IMG/VR virus record: IMGVR_UViG_3300032038_000047
Coordinates: 22,993 to 86,992 of that record
Length of the DNA: 64,000 bases
Reading direction: 5' to 3' (one strand)
From: a virus
Taxonomy: Duplodnaviria; Heunggongvirae; Uroviricota; Caudoviricetes
Program-made: the position numbers and the translations under genes
Part shown: positions 10,772 through 19,038 of the stretch, piece after piece
How positions within the stretch are numbered: the first letter of the stretch is position 1
Layout of the letters: each line of letters begins with the position of its first letter
Notes under the pieces: generated by a model
Database searches by the model: none
The model's input: only the letters and a program-made list of their open reading frames with translations
Told to the model about the DNA's origin: nothing

Positions 10772-11311
10772 ATGACTGTGTACCGAACGAGTGACCCTGA
10801 GGAGGCCTGGTGGCTGTCAAAAAAATGCCTCGCCGGACAAGAAGGGCTGATTATTGTTACTACGGAAGTTCCATGCGTTTGGACGGGCAAGCTTAGGACG
10901 TTTAACAAAAAATACTGCGAGGAACACAACGTTCCCGTGGCCTATGGAGAGTACCTGGGAGGGAGCATTGTGGCCTTCCCGAGTGACCTCTCTATTATGG
11001 AGGTTCGTTGGGGCGATTCTTCGTTTGCCCAAGACGTCATACACACGGTTGAACAGTGGCTGCTAACACGCGGACTTGCCGTAACGTACGATACTAACGA
11101 CCTTCTTCTCGACGGAAAGAAAGTAGCGTCCTGGGCCAGAGCTACCACGGTGAAAGGGTGGTGCCAGAGCGTCGTGCACTTTTCCATCGGCACGGATCTG
11201 GAGCTAATCAGAGAAATATGCATTAAGCCTATGACAAAGATCCCAGGAAGTCTAACCCCATATGGCATTACAGCAGAAGATCTTCTGAAGCTTTTAGAGC
11301 TATCTGAGTAA
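10772..11311 (+). CDS. BPL/LplA/LipB-family (lipoate/biotin ligase catalytic-domain-like) protein
   Basis: 'NDLLLDGKKVASWARATT' then 'VVHFSIGTDLELI' resembles the LplA segment 'NDLVV..GDRKVSGSA...FHHGTLLLNADLSRL', including the conserved Lys. The upstream 'PVAYGEYLGGSIVAF' resembles 'RLARRSSGGGAVFHD'. This comparison is from memory. Confidence 0.45.
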   Translation: MTVYRTSDPEEAWWLSKKCLAGQEGLIIVTTEVPCVWTGKLRTFNKKYCEEHNVPVAYGEYLGGSIVAFPSDLSIMEVRWGDSSFAQDVIHTVEQWLLTRGLAVTYDTNDLLLDGKKVASWARATTVKGWCQSVVHFSIGTDLELIREICIKPMTKIPGSLTPYGITAEDLLKLLELSE

Positions 11312-11335
11312 AATCAAAATGGGAGGCAGATTCCA

Positions 11336-12886
11336 ATGAGCATTTCTAAAATTATCAACATTGCCCTGGCTGAGGTCGGCTACGTGGAGAAGGCCTCTAA
11401 CAGCAGCCTTTATGATAAGAAAGCAAACCCGGGCAGCGCCAACTGGACCAAATACGGCGCATGGTACGGGCTTAACGGACCCGGTGCACCCTGGTGTGAC
11501 ATGCTCGTCTCCTGGTGCGCGGAACAGGCTGGGGAGGCATCTGCTGTTGGACGGTTCTCCTATGTGCCCTATCACGCGAAGTTCTTCCAGGAGAGAGGGC
11601 AGTATTTCGCAAGAGGAGAAAAGCTGCCGCAGGCCGGAGACGTGATATTCTTCCGGGAGTTCGAGCATATCGGCTTGGTAGAGTATTGCGACGGGACCTA
11701 TGTATATACCATTGAGGGCAATACTTCCGACGGTGATACGCTGGACCCCAATGGCGGCGCGGTTTGCCGGAAGTGCTATTCTCTCGACAGCGTGTATATT
11801 CAGGGCTATGGCCGGCCGGACTATCAGGAAGACGATGAAAAAGAGGAGGAAGCAACTACAGTGAGCACAAAGGTTTTGGGTATCGACGTCAGCGAGCACA
11901 ATGGAACAATCAATTGGACAGCCGTCAAGCAGGCTGGTGTGGAGTTTGCCATCATTCGGACTGGTTACGGCAAGTCTTATGTGGATTCTCAGTTCAAGCG
12001 GAACATTACGCAGGCCATTGCCCAGGGAATTCACGTGGGCGTTTATCACTTCACCTATGCTCTGGATGCGGCGGGTGTCAAACGGGAAGCGGAGTTTGTG
12101 CTCTCCCTCCTGAAAGACTACAAGATTGACCTGCCCGTGTTCTTTGACTTTGAGTATGATACGGTCCGTTATGCCAAAGAAAACGGCGTGACTCTTGGAC
12201 GGCAGGCTTTCCTGGACCACACCAAGGCTTTCTGCGATGTCATTGAGGCCGCGGGATATCGGGCCGGTACTTATTACAATTACAGCTACTACAAGCAGTA
12301 CTATGACAAGAATACCCTCGGCTCCTACGTCCAGTGGTATGCTCAGTACAATGCCACCGCCGACATCTCCGGCTGGGACATTTGGCAGTATAGCTCTAAG
12401 GGCACCCTCTCCGGCTGCACGGGCCATTTCGACATGAATGAGATGACCAGAGAAACTTTTGAGAAGCTGACCAACTTCAAAATGGCAGGCTGGCAGAAGG
12501 ATTCTAACGGCTGGTGGTATCGCTATGAAGACGGAAGTTATCCGAAGGCAGCACTGGCGGGCATTGACGGCTGCTGGTATTACTTCGATGACGACGGGTA
12601 CCTGGTGCAGAACGCCTCCTGGAGCTACAACGGCGTGCTGTATACGGCCGACAATGACGGGAAAGTAACATTTGAGGAGGAGAACGCTGTGAAAGAGGAG
12701 AAGTATTACGAGAAGCTCGGCGACCTGCCTGCCCACTATCGGACAGAGATTGATAAGCTGGTCGCTGCCGGGTTCCTGAGGGGCAAGAGCGGTGAGGGTG
12801 ATAGCATGGTGCTGGATCTCCATGAAGAGGCCGTTCGGAGTCTGGTTGTTCTGGCAAGAGTCGCTGCACAGAACGGGCTGATTTAA
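11336..12886 (+). CDS. Endolysin with CHAP peptidase, GH25 muramidase and cell-wall-binding repeat domains
   Basis: The N-terminus carries a CHAP-like Cys/His pair ('...APWCDMLVSWCA...FEHIGLVEY'). The middle is GH25 lysozyme-like ('GIDVSEHNGTINWTAVKQAGVEFAIIRTGYG'). The C-terminus has aromatic W/Y-rich repeats ('GWQKDSNGWWYRYEDGSY', 'GIDGCWYYFDDDGYLV') like clostridial/choline-type cell-wall-binding repeats. Confidence 0.85.
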   Translation: MSISKIINIALAEVGYVEKASNSSLYDKKANPGSANWTKYGAWYGLNGPGAPWCDMLVSWCAEQAGEASAVGRFSYVPYHAKFFQERGQYFARGEKLPQAGDVIFFREFEHIGLVEYCDGTYVYTIEGNTSDGDTLDPNGGAVCRKCYSLDSVYIQGYGRPDYQEDDEKEEEATTVSTKVLGIDVSEHNGTINWTAVKQAGVEFAIIRTGYGKSYVDSQFKRNITQAIAQGIHVGVYHFTYALDAAGVKREAEFVLSLLKDYKIDLPVFFDFEYDTVRYAKENGVTLGRQAFLDHTKAFCDVIEAAGYRAGTYYNYSYYKQYYDKNTLGSYVQWYAQYNATADISGWDIWQYSSKGTLSGCTGHFDMNEMTRETFEKLTNFKMAGWQKDSNGWWYRYEDGSYPKAALAGIDGCWYYFDDDGYLVQNASWSYNGVLYTADNDGKVTFEEENAVKEEKYYEKLGDLPAHYRTEIDKLVAAGFLRGKSGEGDSMVLDLHEEAVRSLVVLARVAAQNGLI

Positions 12887-12887
12887 T

Positions 12888-13430
12888 ATGACCATCGGGG
12901 ATATTCTCGCGTTGGTTGAGTTCAAGGATGGGGTCTCGATCGGGGGCCTCATCCTGATTATTTTACTCACCCTGATTCAGATCTCACCGATCAAGATCAA
13001 CCCTTGGGACTTAATTCTGCACTGGATTGGAGACCGTCTCACTTCCAACATAAAAAAGCAAGTATCGTCTCTGGAGAAGAAGCTGGACAAGCACATTGCC
13101 GAGTCTGCGGAGCGGGACCTGAAAGATACCAGAGCGCAGATTCTGGCCTTCTGTAATTCCTGCATGAATGGGACTCGTCATTCCAAAGAACAGTTTGACT
13201 TTATTATTAAGCAGTGCGACGACTATGAGACATATATCGCGGAGAATGATATTCGCAACGGTGTGATTGAGTCTGCCATGAAAGAGATTCGCCGACTTTA
13301 TGACAAGTGCATTCAGAACAATAGCTTTTTGAAAGAGGGGCAGGACCCTGAACCATTTGCAATGAAGACTGGAATGGATCAGGCCCAGGTTCGTCAAGCG
13401 ACTGAGGCCATTCGTGGGGGAAGGTGCTGA
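12888..13430 (+). CDS. Membrane protein with N-terminal TM helix and C-terminal coiled coil, possibly lysis-associated
   Basis: Residues 15-35 are strongly hydrophobic (GGLILIILLTLIQISPI). The start is 2 nt after the endolysin stop. Confidence 0.4.
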   Translation: MTIGDILALVEFKDGVSIGGLILIILLTLIQISPIKINPWDLILHWIGDRLTSNIKKQVSSLEKKLDKHIAESAERDLKDTRAQILAFCNSCMNGTRHSKEQFDFIIKQCDDYETYIAENDIRNGVIESAMKEIRRLYDKCIQNNSFLKEGQDPEPFAMKTGMDQAQVRQATEAIRGGRC

Positions 13431-13436
13431 TTCGCT

Positions 13437-13709
13437 GTGCGCTACACAATTGACGGCAGTATTCTTACCGGAATTGCAGACGCTATCCGGAACAAGACAG
13501 GATCTGAGGCAGGCATCGCGCCGGTTAACATGGCGAACGAAATCGATAATATTCCGTCTGACATTGCTGGGGCTTTGTCTACGGCCCGCGCTATATTAGA
13601 CAACCAATTTATGGCCCGGATCCAAGGTGTCCTGTCAGCCGCCGAGATGGCCCAGTATCAGAATACCTGGGAATTGATTTACGCAGAACTTGGATTAGGA
13701 GGCGATTGA
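13437..13709 (+). CDS. Hypothetical protein
   Basis: 90 aa ORF with a GTG start, co-directional. Confidence 0.35.
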   Translation: MRYTIDGSILTGIADAIRNKTGSEAGIAPVNMANEIDNIPSDIAGALSTARAILDNQFMARIQGVLSAAEMAQYQNTWELIYAELGLGGD

Positions 13710-14323
13710 TAATGTCCGATTCTCATGTAGAGGAATACCTTAAGAAACTAAACGGTCAGGATGTCGATATCTCCTTTGAGCCGCAAAGTAATGTCGAGCT
13801 GTATCTCGCTAAAATGAACGGCATGAATGTACAGCTGCCGCCTGAGCCAGAAAGCAGAGTCGAGGCGCTTCTTGCCGACTATATTGAGTCTGGCGGGGGA
13901 GATACCGCCCCATCTATAACTCGAATCACAACAGCTTTTCGGAATTTTGATAGTGCACAATATATGAATACATATGGGATTGATGCCTTAACGTCATACT
14001 CGTTTGTCCCTATTGTTAATTATTTTGTGTCTTTGGGTACTACCGAAAATGAAGCAAAAATATGTACAGCGATTCTTGCGCTCATCTCTTGTCTTACGGA
14101 TTGTGAACATCTTCGTACGCAGCAACTTCAACAATACGTTATGAATTTCAAATCGGTAGTAAGCGATAATGTTATTGATGGCTATTTAGAGTCCATTCGT
14201 GGGTTCATTAAAACAAGCGACATCGCGTGGACTTATTTATGCGGTGCTGGAGATGCTCCAATTTGCGCAGAGCTAGCCGATGTAATTATATACACAGCTT
14301 CTCTATCAATCAATGATACTTAA
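13706..14323 (+). CDS. Hypothetical protein
   Basis: 205 aa ORF overlapping the previous stop, with an AGGAGG RBS. Confidence 0.45.
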   Translation: MIMSDSHVEEYLKKLNGQDVDISFEPQSNVELYLAKMNGMNVQLPPEPESRVEALLADYIESGGGDTAPSITRITTAFRNFDSAQYMNTYGIDALTSYSFVPIVNYFVSLGTTENEAKICTAILALISCLTDCEHLRTQQLQQYVMNFKSVVSDNVIDGYLESIRGFIKTSDIAWTYLCGAGDAPICAELADVIIYTASLSINDT

Positions 14324-14339
14324 GGGATGGTGTTTCAAC

Positions 14340-14666
14340 ATGACTAAATTTACAAAAGATTGGGCGACTGCAGCGCTGATCAGAGCTGCTAGAAGCTTTG
14401 CACAGGTGGCCTTGGGCGGCATCACCGTTGGGGCTGCACTGGATGAAGTAAATTGGATTCGTATCTTTTCCGTAGCCGCCGTTGCCGCAATCTATTCTAT
14501 TCTGACCAGCGTTGTTACAGGCTTGCCTGAAGCTAAAACTGACGGCACACTGATCGTCGACGACACGAATGGAGACACCACCAACTATCTCTTCCAGGTG
14601 GAGACACCGCTGGATGAGATGCAGACTAAGAAATCTGTACGGATGAACGTGGAGGTGCACAAATGA
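14340..14666 (+). CDS. Holin, phage LL-H family
   Basis: The N-terminus 'MTKFTKDWATAALIRAARSFAQVALGGITVG...' matches the Holin_LLH pattern (MxKFLKD..IRA.RT.AQTALA). There are two hydrophobic segments and the protein is about 108 aa. Confidence 0.75.
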   Translation: MTKFTKDWATAALIRAARSFAQVALGGITVGAALDEVNWIRIFSVAAVAAIYSILTSVVTGLPEAKTDGTLIVDDTNGDTTNYLFQVETPLDEMQTKKSVRMNVEVHK

Positions 14667-14827
14667 TCAATTTCGGAAAGGACGTGCCGTTTCAGAGAAT
14701 TCGGCGTATTACGGGGTATCTCACCGGAGACCTTTCAACATGGAATAACGCAAAGCAGGCGGAGGAGAAAGACCGGGTTACACACGGGATGCATGCTTCT
14801 GCCAAGAAAACTAACAACCCGGCCTGA
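14663..14827 (+). CDS. 54-aa ORF resembling the C-terminal glycyl-radical domain of anaerobic ribonucleotide reductase NrdD
   Basis: ATG overlaps the holin stop (ATGA). 'RRITGYLTGDLSTWNNAKQAEEKDRVTH' compares with the E. coli NrdD C-terminus 'RRVCGYLGSPDARPFNAGKQEEVKRRVKH', recalled from memory. It carries the class III RNR glycyl-radical motif R-x-[CT]-G-Y. Confidence 0.45.
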   Translation: MINFGKDVPFQRIRRITGYLTGDLSTWNNAKQAEEKDRVTHGMHASAKKTNNPA

Positions 14828-14868
14828 AAGCTCTGGTACAGCTCATAGGTCGGGTTGTAATCGATTGT

Positions 14869-15057
14869 CTACCCGTGGACGTATCTGGTTTTCACCTTGG
14901 TAGACTTTCCATCGGATACACTGGTAGTTACTTTGTATCCTCTGTGTGCGGGTTTCACCTTAACCCGAATTCTTTTTACAATTCTTTTCGCCATTCCTCC
15001 TTCACCTCCTCCTACATGGCCCGGCGGTGATACAAAGAGCAGTTTGATCTGGTCCAT
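14869..15057 (-). CDS. Small basic hypothetical protein
   Basis: 62 aa minus-strand ORF, Lys/Arg-rich, with a weak RBS. It diverges from the HTH gene that starts at 15204. Confidence 0.3.
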   Translation of the reverse strand: MDQIKLLFVSPPGHVGGGEGGMAKRIVKRIRVKVKPAHRGYKVTTSVSDGKSTKVKTRYVHG

Positions 15058-15203
15058 CTACTGAGCTCTTTGTGACTTACACATCTATTATATCATAGCA
15101 TTGACGATCTCTCAACATATAGCGCATATTATGGTCAGCTTTGTGACTTTTGCACAACATCTTGTAATGTTTTAACTAAACCAAAAGAAAGGGGCAAATC
15201 ATC

Positions 15204-15530
15204 ATGGCCAAGAAAGAAATCATTAAGGTACCCTTTAACCGAGAACGTCTGGAGCTGGCGATGACCAACTACGGCTACAGCTACAAGGCGCTCTCTAAAT
15301 ACTCCGGTGTTTCTGACACCAGCATCCGCAGAGGCGCAAAGGCCGGCGAGATCAACCGGGAGTTTGCCATCAAGATTGCAGAACAGCTCTGTGTCACCCT
15401 GGCGTTCCTGTCTGGTGACAAGAGCATGGACCGCATTGCCAAGGCATTCAAAACAGTTAACGCGTTCATGGACACCGCGCCCGAGCTGCTTCGGATGGAG
15501 ATCGACCCGACTGCAACCGCTGCGGAATAA
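15204..15530 (+). CDS. XRE-like helix-turn-helix DNA-binding protein
   Basis: 'YSYKALSKYSGVSDTSIRRGAKAGE' is an HTH-like segment. There is a good RBS (AAAGAAAGGGG). Confidence 0.5.
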   Translation: MAKKEIIKVPFNRERLELAMTNYGYSYKALSKYSGVSDTSIRRGAKAGEINREFAIKIAEQLCVTLAFLSGDKSMDRIAKAFKTVNAFMDTAPELLRMEIDPTATAAE

Positions 15531-15547
15531 TTCAAAATGGGAGGTAA

Positions 15548-16228
15548 ATGATTATGGGTGCGTCAATTCTTGACCGGCTCAACGAACGGAACGGCACTAC
15601 CGACCACACCATTGCCGGTGCACTGAAGAGCTACATCATTCGTAACGGCGGTGATCCTACAGGTCTCCAGAACATTGCGGATTTGGTGGCAGCGCTACCG
15701 GAGGGCGGTGGATCTGGCGGAGCAAAGGTTTACACGATTACTGGTACTGATCATAATAATTCCGTGGTCCCGGAGGGGTTTCCCACGTCGTTTAGCGTGA
15801 ATGATGTTGAAAACGGGGACGTGGGCCTTATGTTGGTTTTGCGAGAAGTGTATCAAAAAGACGAAACGGACGAGCCGAGGGAAACGGTGCAGGTTCATTG
15901 GTTTAGTGAACGCAACGAAGCCTTGGACTTCGTGTTTGGACAGGCATATAATATCAGTACAGGCAACCTGGGGTGCATGTCAGTTATGTCATGGAACAGA
16001 AATCTCGGAACATGCAAACTGACACAATGGCATGATGGATGGACAGACAGCGAGACAGACAATTACTCATACTACGATTATTTATTCGGCGATGAATTTG
16101 TACACAACGAAATGGGTGACGAATATTACCGTAACACACAAGAAGCTGAAATGTCTGGTGAGGAGTTCGTATTATACAATCACTCAGTCACATGGAAACT
16201 GGTAGTGTTTGACAATCGATCTGCATAA
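15548..16228 (+). CDS. Hypothetical acidic protein
   Basis: 226 aa ORF with a GGGAGG RBS inside the AATTCAAAATGGGAGG element. Confidence 0.5.
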   Translation: MIMGASILDRLNERNGTTDHTIAGALKSYIIRNGGDPTGLQNIADLVAALPEGGGSGGAKVYTITGTDHNNSVVPEGFPTSFSVNDVENGDVGLMLVLREVYQKDETDEPRETVQVHWFSERNEALDFVFGQAYNISTGNLGCMSVMSWNRNLGTCKLTQWHDGWTDSETDNYSYYDYLFGDEFVHNEMGDEYYRNTQEAEMSGEEFVLYNHSVTWKLVVFDNRSA

Positions 16229-16287
16229 ATTCAAAATGGGAGTAAAAAAAACAGATCCGGCCCGAATGCTCCTCCTAAGCAATCAGA

Positions 16288-16352
16288 CCGGATCAACCAT
16301 CTCCTATTATACGCATAAGGGTAAGAGGCCTCCTTTCAACATTCCCTGCGCT
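16288..16352. terminator. Bidirectional rho-independent terminator
   Basis: Hairpin GGTAAGAGG...CTCTTACC lies between convergent genes 15548..16228 (+) and 16365..16547 (-). Confidence 0.5.
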
Positions 16353-16364
16353 CTTACCGGCTAG

Positions 16365-16547
16365 TTATGCCTCATCGTTTGTATGGTCTTCGCTGGCGTT
16401 TTCGTCAGCACCAATCTTGCTAATCACGGCATCGGCAGTGGATGCTAGGAAGTCTTCTCCGCACCCATTTTTGATTGCGAGCGTTCCGATATAGCAGATA
16501 CCAGCAACCGCTATGCCAAATTTGATTGTATCGCAAACGATGCGCAC
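16365..16547 (-). CDS. Small Gly/Cys-containing hydrophobic peptide (bacteriocin-like or small toxin-like)
   Basis: 60 aa with a strong RBS (AGAGGAGGGAG) on the minus strand. The sequence 'GIAVAGICYIGTLAIKNGCG' is hydrophobic with GxxxG. Confidence 0.45.
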   Translation of the reverse strand: MRIVCDTIKFGIAVAGICYIGTLAIKNGCGEDFLASTADAVISKIGADENASEDHTNDEA

Positions 16548-17324
16548 GAGTTCCAGATTGATTGTTTCTCCCTCCTCTCTCTAACATAGAGTTATATGGA
16601 AACGGGCGTATGTAAGTGTGGTGCCCGGACAATCGCAGTGTATCATATCTGAGAACGGCGGTCAATGAGCAGAGTTACCAAATCGTGCCATAATGGGGGA
16701 GGGGTCCTTAACGGGCTCCTCCCTTCGCATGTTTTACAACTGGTATTCTTTTTTGTTGAGCGTACCGTTTATGGAACTCTCGGTATGTTAGGATTCGATT
16801 GACAGCAACTTTTACAATGCCTATAATGGAAAGGAGGTGAGTGCGATGGTATACTTGACCGCACGTAACGATAAGCAGTTGGGTATCTGTTTACGAATGC
16901 TGTATTCGGAAAGCGTGGAATTTAAAGTTGAGGTTATCATGAATGATCGTGATAAAATCGAATTCCGCGTGTATCCAATGCTCGATGAAATTCGTATTCC
17001 AGATATTATGCGTCGTTACGAGATCATGATATCGTAGTCCATCATTCCTAACGGGTTAAAGGTCGTGAATCACATGGCCTTTAACTCTTGCAAAAGAAGC
17101 AAGGAGATGCATGATGCAAATACTGACTAAAATAATAGAGCCATACCGGCTTTCTGATGGTTCATGGAAAGTAAGGCTTATTGAACGGATGGAAGAGTAT
17201 CCGGTTGATAAGGAGCGAGACTTCGGATACTGTAATGTATGCGGCGACAAACGATATCCCGAGTGCATTGATGGGTGCATTCACAGGCGCGGTATTCCGC
17301 TAAAAGAGGGATGGGATGTCTGAA

Positions 17325-17352
17325 TCCGCAAAAATTGCAACTGCTATAATGG
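17325..17352 (+). promoter_or_regulatory. Copy of the phage-specific promoter motif that drives the tRNA-like small RNA
   Basis: TCCGCAAAAATTGCAACTGCTATAATGG, with TATAAT at 17345-17350. Confidence 0.5.
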
Positions 17353-17420
17353 AAAGAATGTAGTTTAATTGGTAAAACGCTACTTAGAGATGGAGGTTCA
17401 ACCCCTCCCATTCTTTTTTC
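17353..17420 (+). ncRNA. tRNA-like small RNA with acceptor stem, D-arm and T-arm but a truncated anticodon region
   Basis: AAGAATG pairs with CATTCTT as a 7-bp acceptor stem. There is U8 and a D-arm GTTT-AATTGGTA-AAAC. The T-arm GGAGG-TTCAACC-CCTCC is followed by TTTTTT. Only 12 nt remain where the anticodon arm and variable loop should be. Confidence 0.4.
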
Positions 17421-17789
17421 GTTTTGTCCGCAAATTTTACAGCCTCCTAGATGGAATAAACTATTAGGAGGTATGTGTATGTTCATAGATATTCTGATCG
17501 TGGTGCTTTGCATCGTGGTGGTCAAGAACATATTGGCGAAGTACATGTAAGCGAACGTGATATTCAGACTGGAAGGGTCCTGCGGGGCCTTTCCTTTTTA
17601 CAACGACTTTTCTTTTTTTTGAAATCGCAAAAATTCCCGGGTGGGGTTTTCCGAAAAAACAATTCTGAACTGGAGTTCATACTGTCCTTAGTATATGCCA
17701 TGAAATGTGCCACGGTGTTTACAGCCCTTGTGATACCAATGGGTTTGTAAAATAGAGAGAGTTTTCGAATCCCTCTCTCTCCGCCACTG

Positions 17790-17823
17790 GCCTCCCCTTG
17801 TGGGAGGCCTTTTTTGCGTTTTA
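17790..17823 (+). terminator. Rho-independent terminator
   Basis: GGCCTCCCC-TTGT-GGGAGGCC followed by TTTTTTG. Confidence 0.55.
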
Positions 17824-17967
17824 CCACGGTTTTACCCTGTTTTTGCAACTTATTTATGAGACTGAATTACCATATATTAGGCGCAAAACCCATGTTTGAT
17901 ACCCTCATATGCCACGAAATGTGACACGAGACCCCGAAAAATATGACACGAAAATCTGTCAAAAAGT

Positions 17968-19038
17968 TCAGACTTCTCCGGATTCTGATTTTTCATCTTT
18001 CAGCAGCTCAGCGAAGTACCGCTCAATTTCTGCATTTACCGCCTCTCTTTTTGCATCTGTGGTATGCTGGTAGATCCGTTTTAGAGTCTGGATCGACGAC
18101 CACCCGCCACGCTCCATGGCGTATTTGTCCGGAGTGCCGAGTTCCAACATGATAGAGGCGTTCTGATGCCGGAGGTCGTGCAAGCGCATATGCGGAAGCC
18201 CCTCCTCTTTACAGATCAGAGTGAGCCGCTTGCTTAGTGTGTTGGCGTGGACGTTGCAGAAAGGGATATTCCGTGTTACACACTCATCCAGTTTCAAAGC
18301 GAGATACGCAGGAACTGGGAGTGTACGCTTGGATTTCCTGGTTTTTGTAGTTTTGACCACAAACTCATGGTTCTCATTTGGGACTTTGGCCTTTGTTACG
18401 TGCAGGAGCTGCTTCTCGGAGTCCCAGTCACTATGCTCTAGCGCCAGTATTTCTGATCTGCGCAGCCCGAGGAACATCGCCAGCAGGACCGGAACCTCGA
18501 TGGATTCCCCATCCACTGCTCTGATCAGTTTTGCGCACTGGTCTTTATCCAGGATATTTCCCTCGAAATCCTCTGCTTGCGGCAGTGTGGCACGGATCTG
18601 GCGGCCACAGAACTGCTTTATTACTGCTGACAGAAGCCCTTTGACATTCGCAACGGTTTTGGGGCCGCTGGTCTTTGCCTCACGATTGATTGCCACCTGG
18701 GCTACATTATCGGTGATATTTCGGAGTTGCATGAGCATTTCCGGCTGCAGGTGGTTTTTCTTGATGTTTTTGTAGCCTCTGATCGTGGATGGGGACAACA
18801 CGTTGCTTTTCATGTTAATATATTTGGTGATGGCTTCTTCCAGAGTCATGGTGGATTGGTCGAGAATGGTTTCATGGTGCCGCTGGGCTAATTCACTGGC
18901 CAGGCGGATGCACTCATATTTATCAGGGCTGGTAACGCTCTGGTAGACGCTCTTTCCATTTTCGTCTTTTCCAAGATACACACGAAGTCTCCAGGTTCCT
19001 GATGGTAGTTGCGTTGGGTTCATGATATCTGCCTCCAT
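17968..19038 (-). CDS. int: Tyrosine-type site-specific integrase
   Basis: C-terminal catalytic region 'HMRLHDLRHQNASIMLELGTP...ERGGWSSIQTL.RIYQHT' carries the R..HxxR..Y signature of tyrosine recombinases. The N-terminal SAM-like/core-binding region is present. Confidence 0.85.
   Translation of the reverse strand: MEADIMNPTQLPSGTWRLRVYLGKDENGKSVYQSVTSPDKYECIRLASELAQRHHETILDQSTMTLEEAITKYINMKSNVLSPSTIRGYKNIKKNHLQPEMLMQLRNITDNVAQVAINREAKTSGPKTVANVKGLLSAVIKQFCGRQIRATLPQAEDFEGNILDKDQCAKLIRAVDGESIEVPVLLAMFLGLRRSEILALEHSDWDSEKQLLHVTKAKVPNENHEFVVKTTKTRKSKRTLPVPAYLALKLDECVTRNIPFCNVHANTLSKRLTLICKEEGLPHMRLHDLRHQNASIMLELGTPDKYAMERGGWSSIQTLKRIYQHTTDAKREAVNAEIERYFAELLKDEKSESGEV

Noticed and set aside
11300-12970. 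556-aa minus-strand ORF antisense to the endolysin gene.
   Set aside because: It exactly shadows the endolysin ORF, whose domains are clearly recognisable. The antisense product is low-complexity with no motifs.
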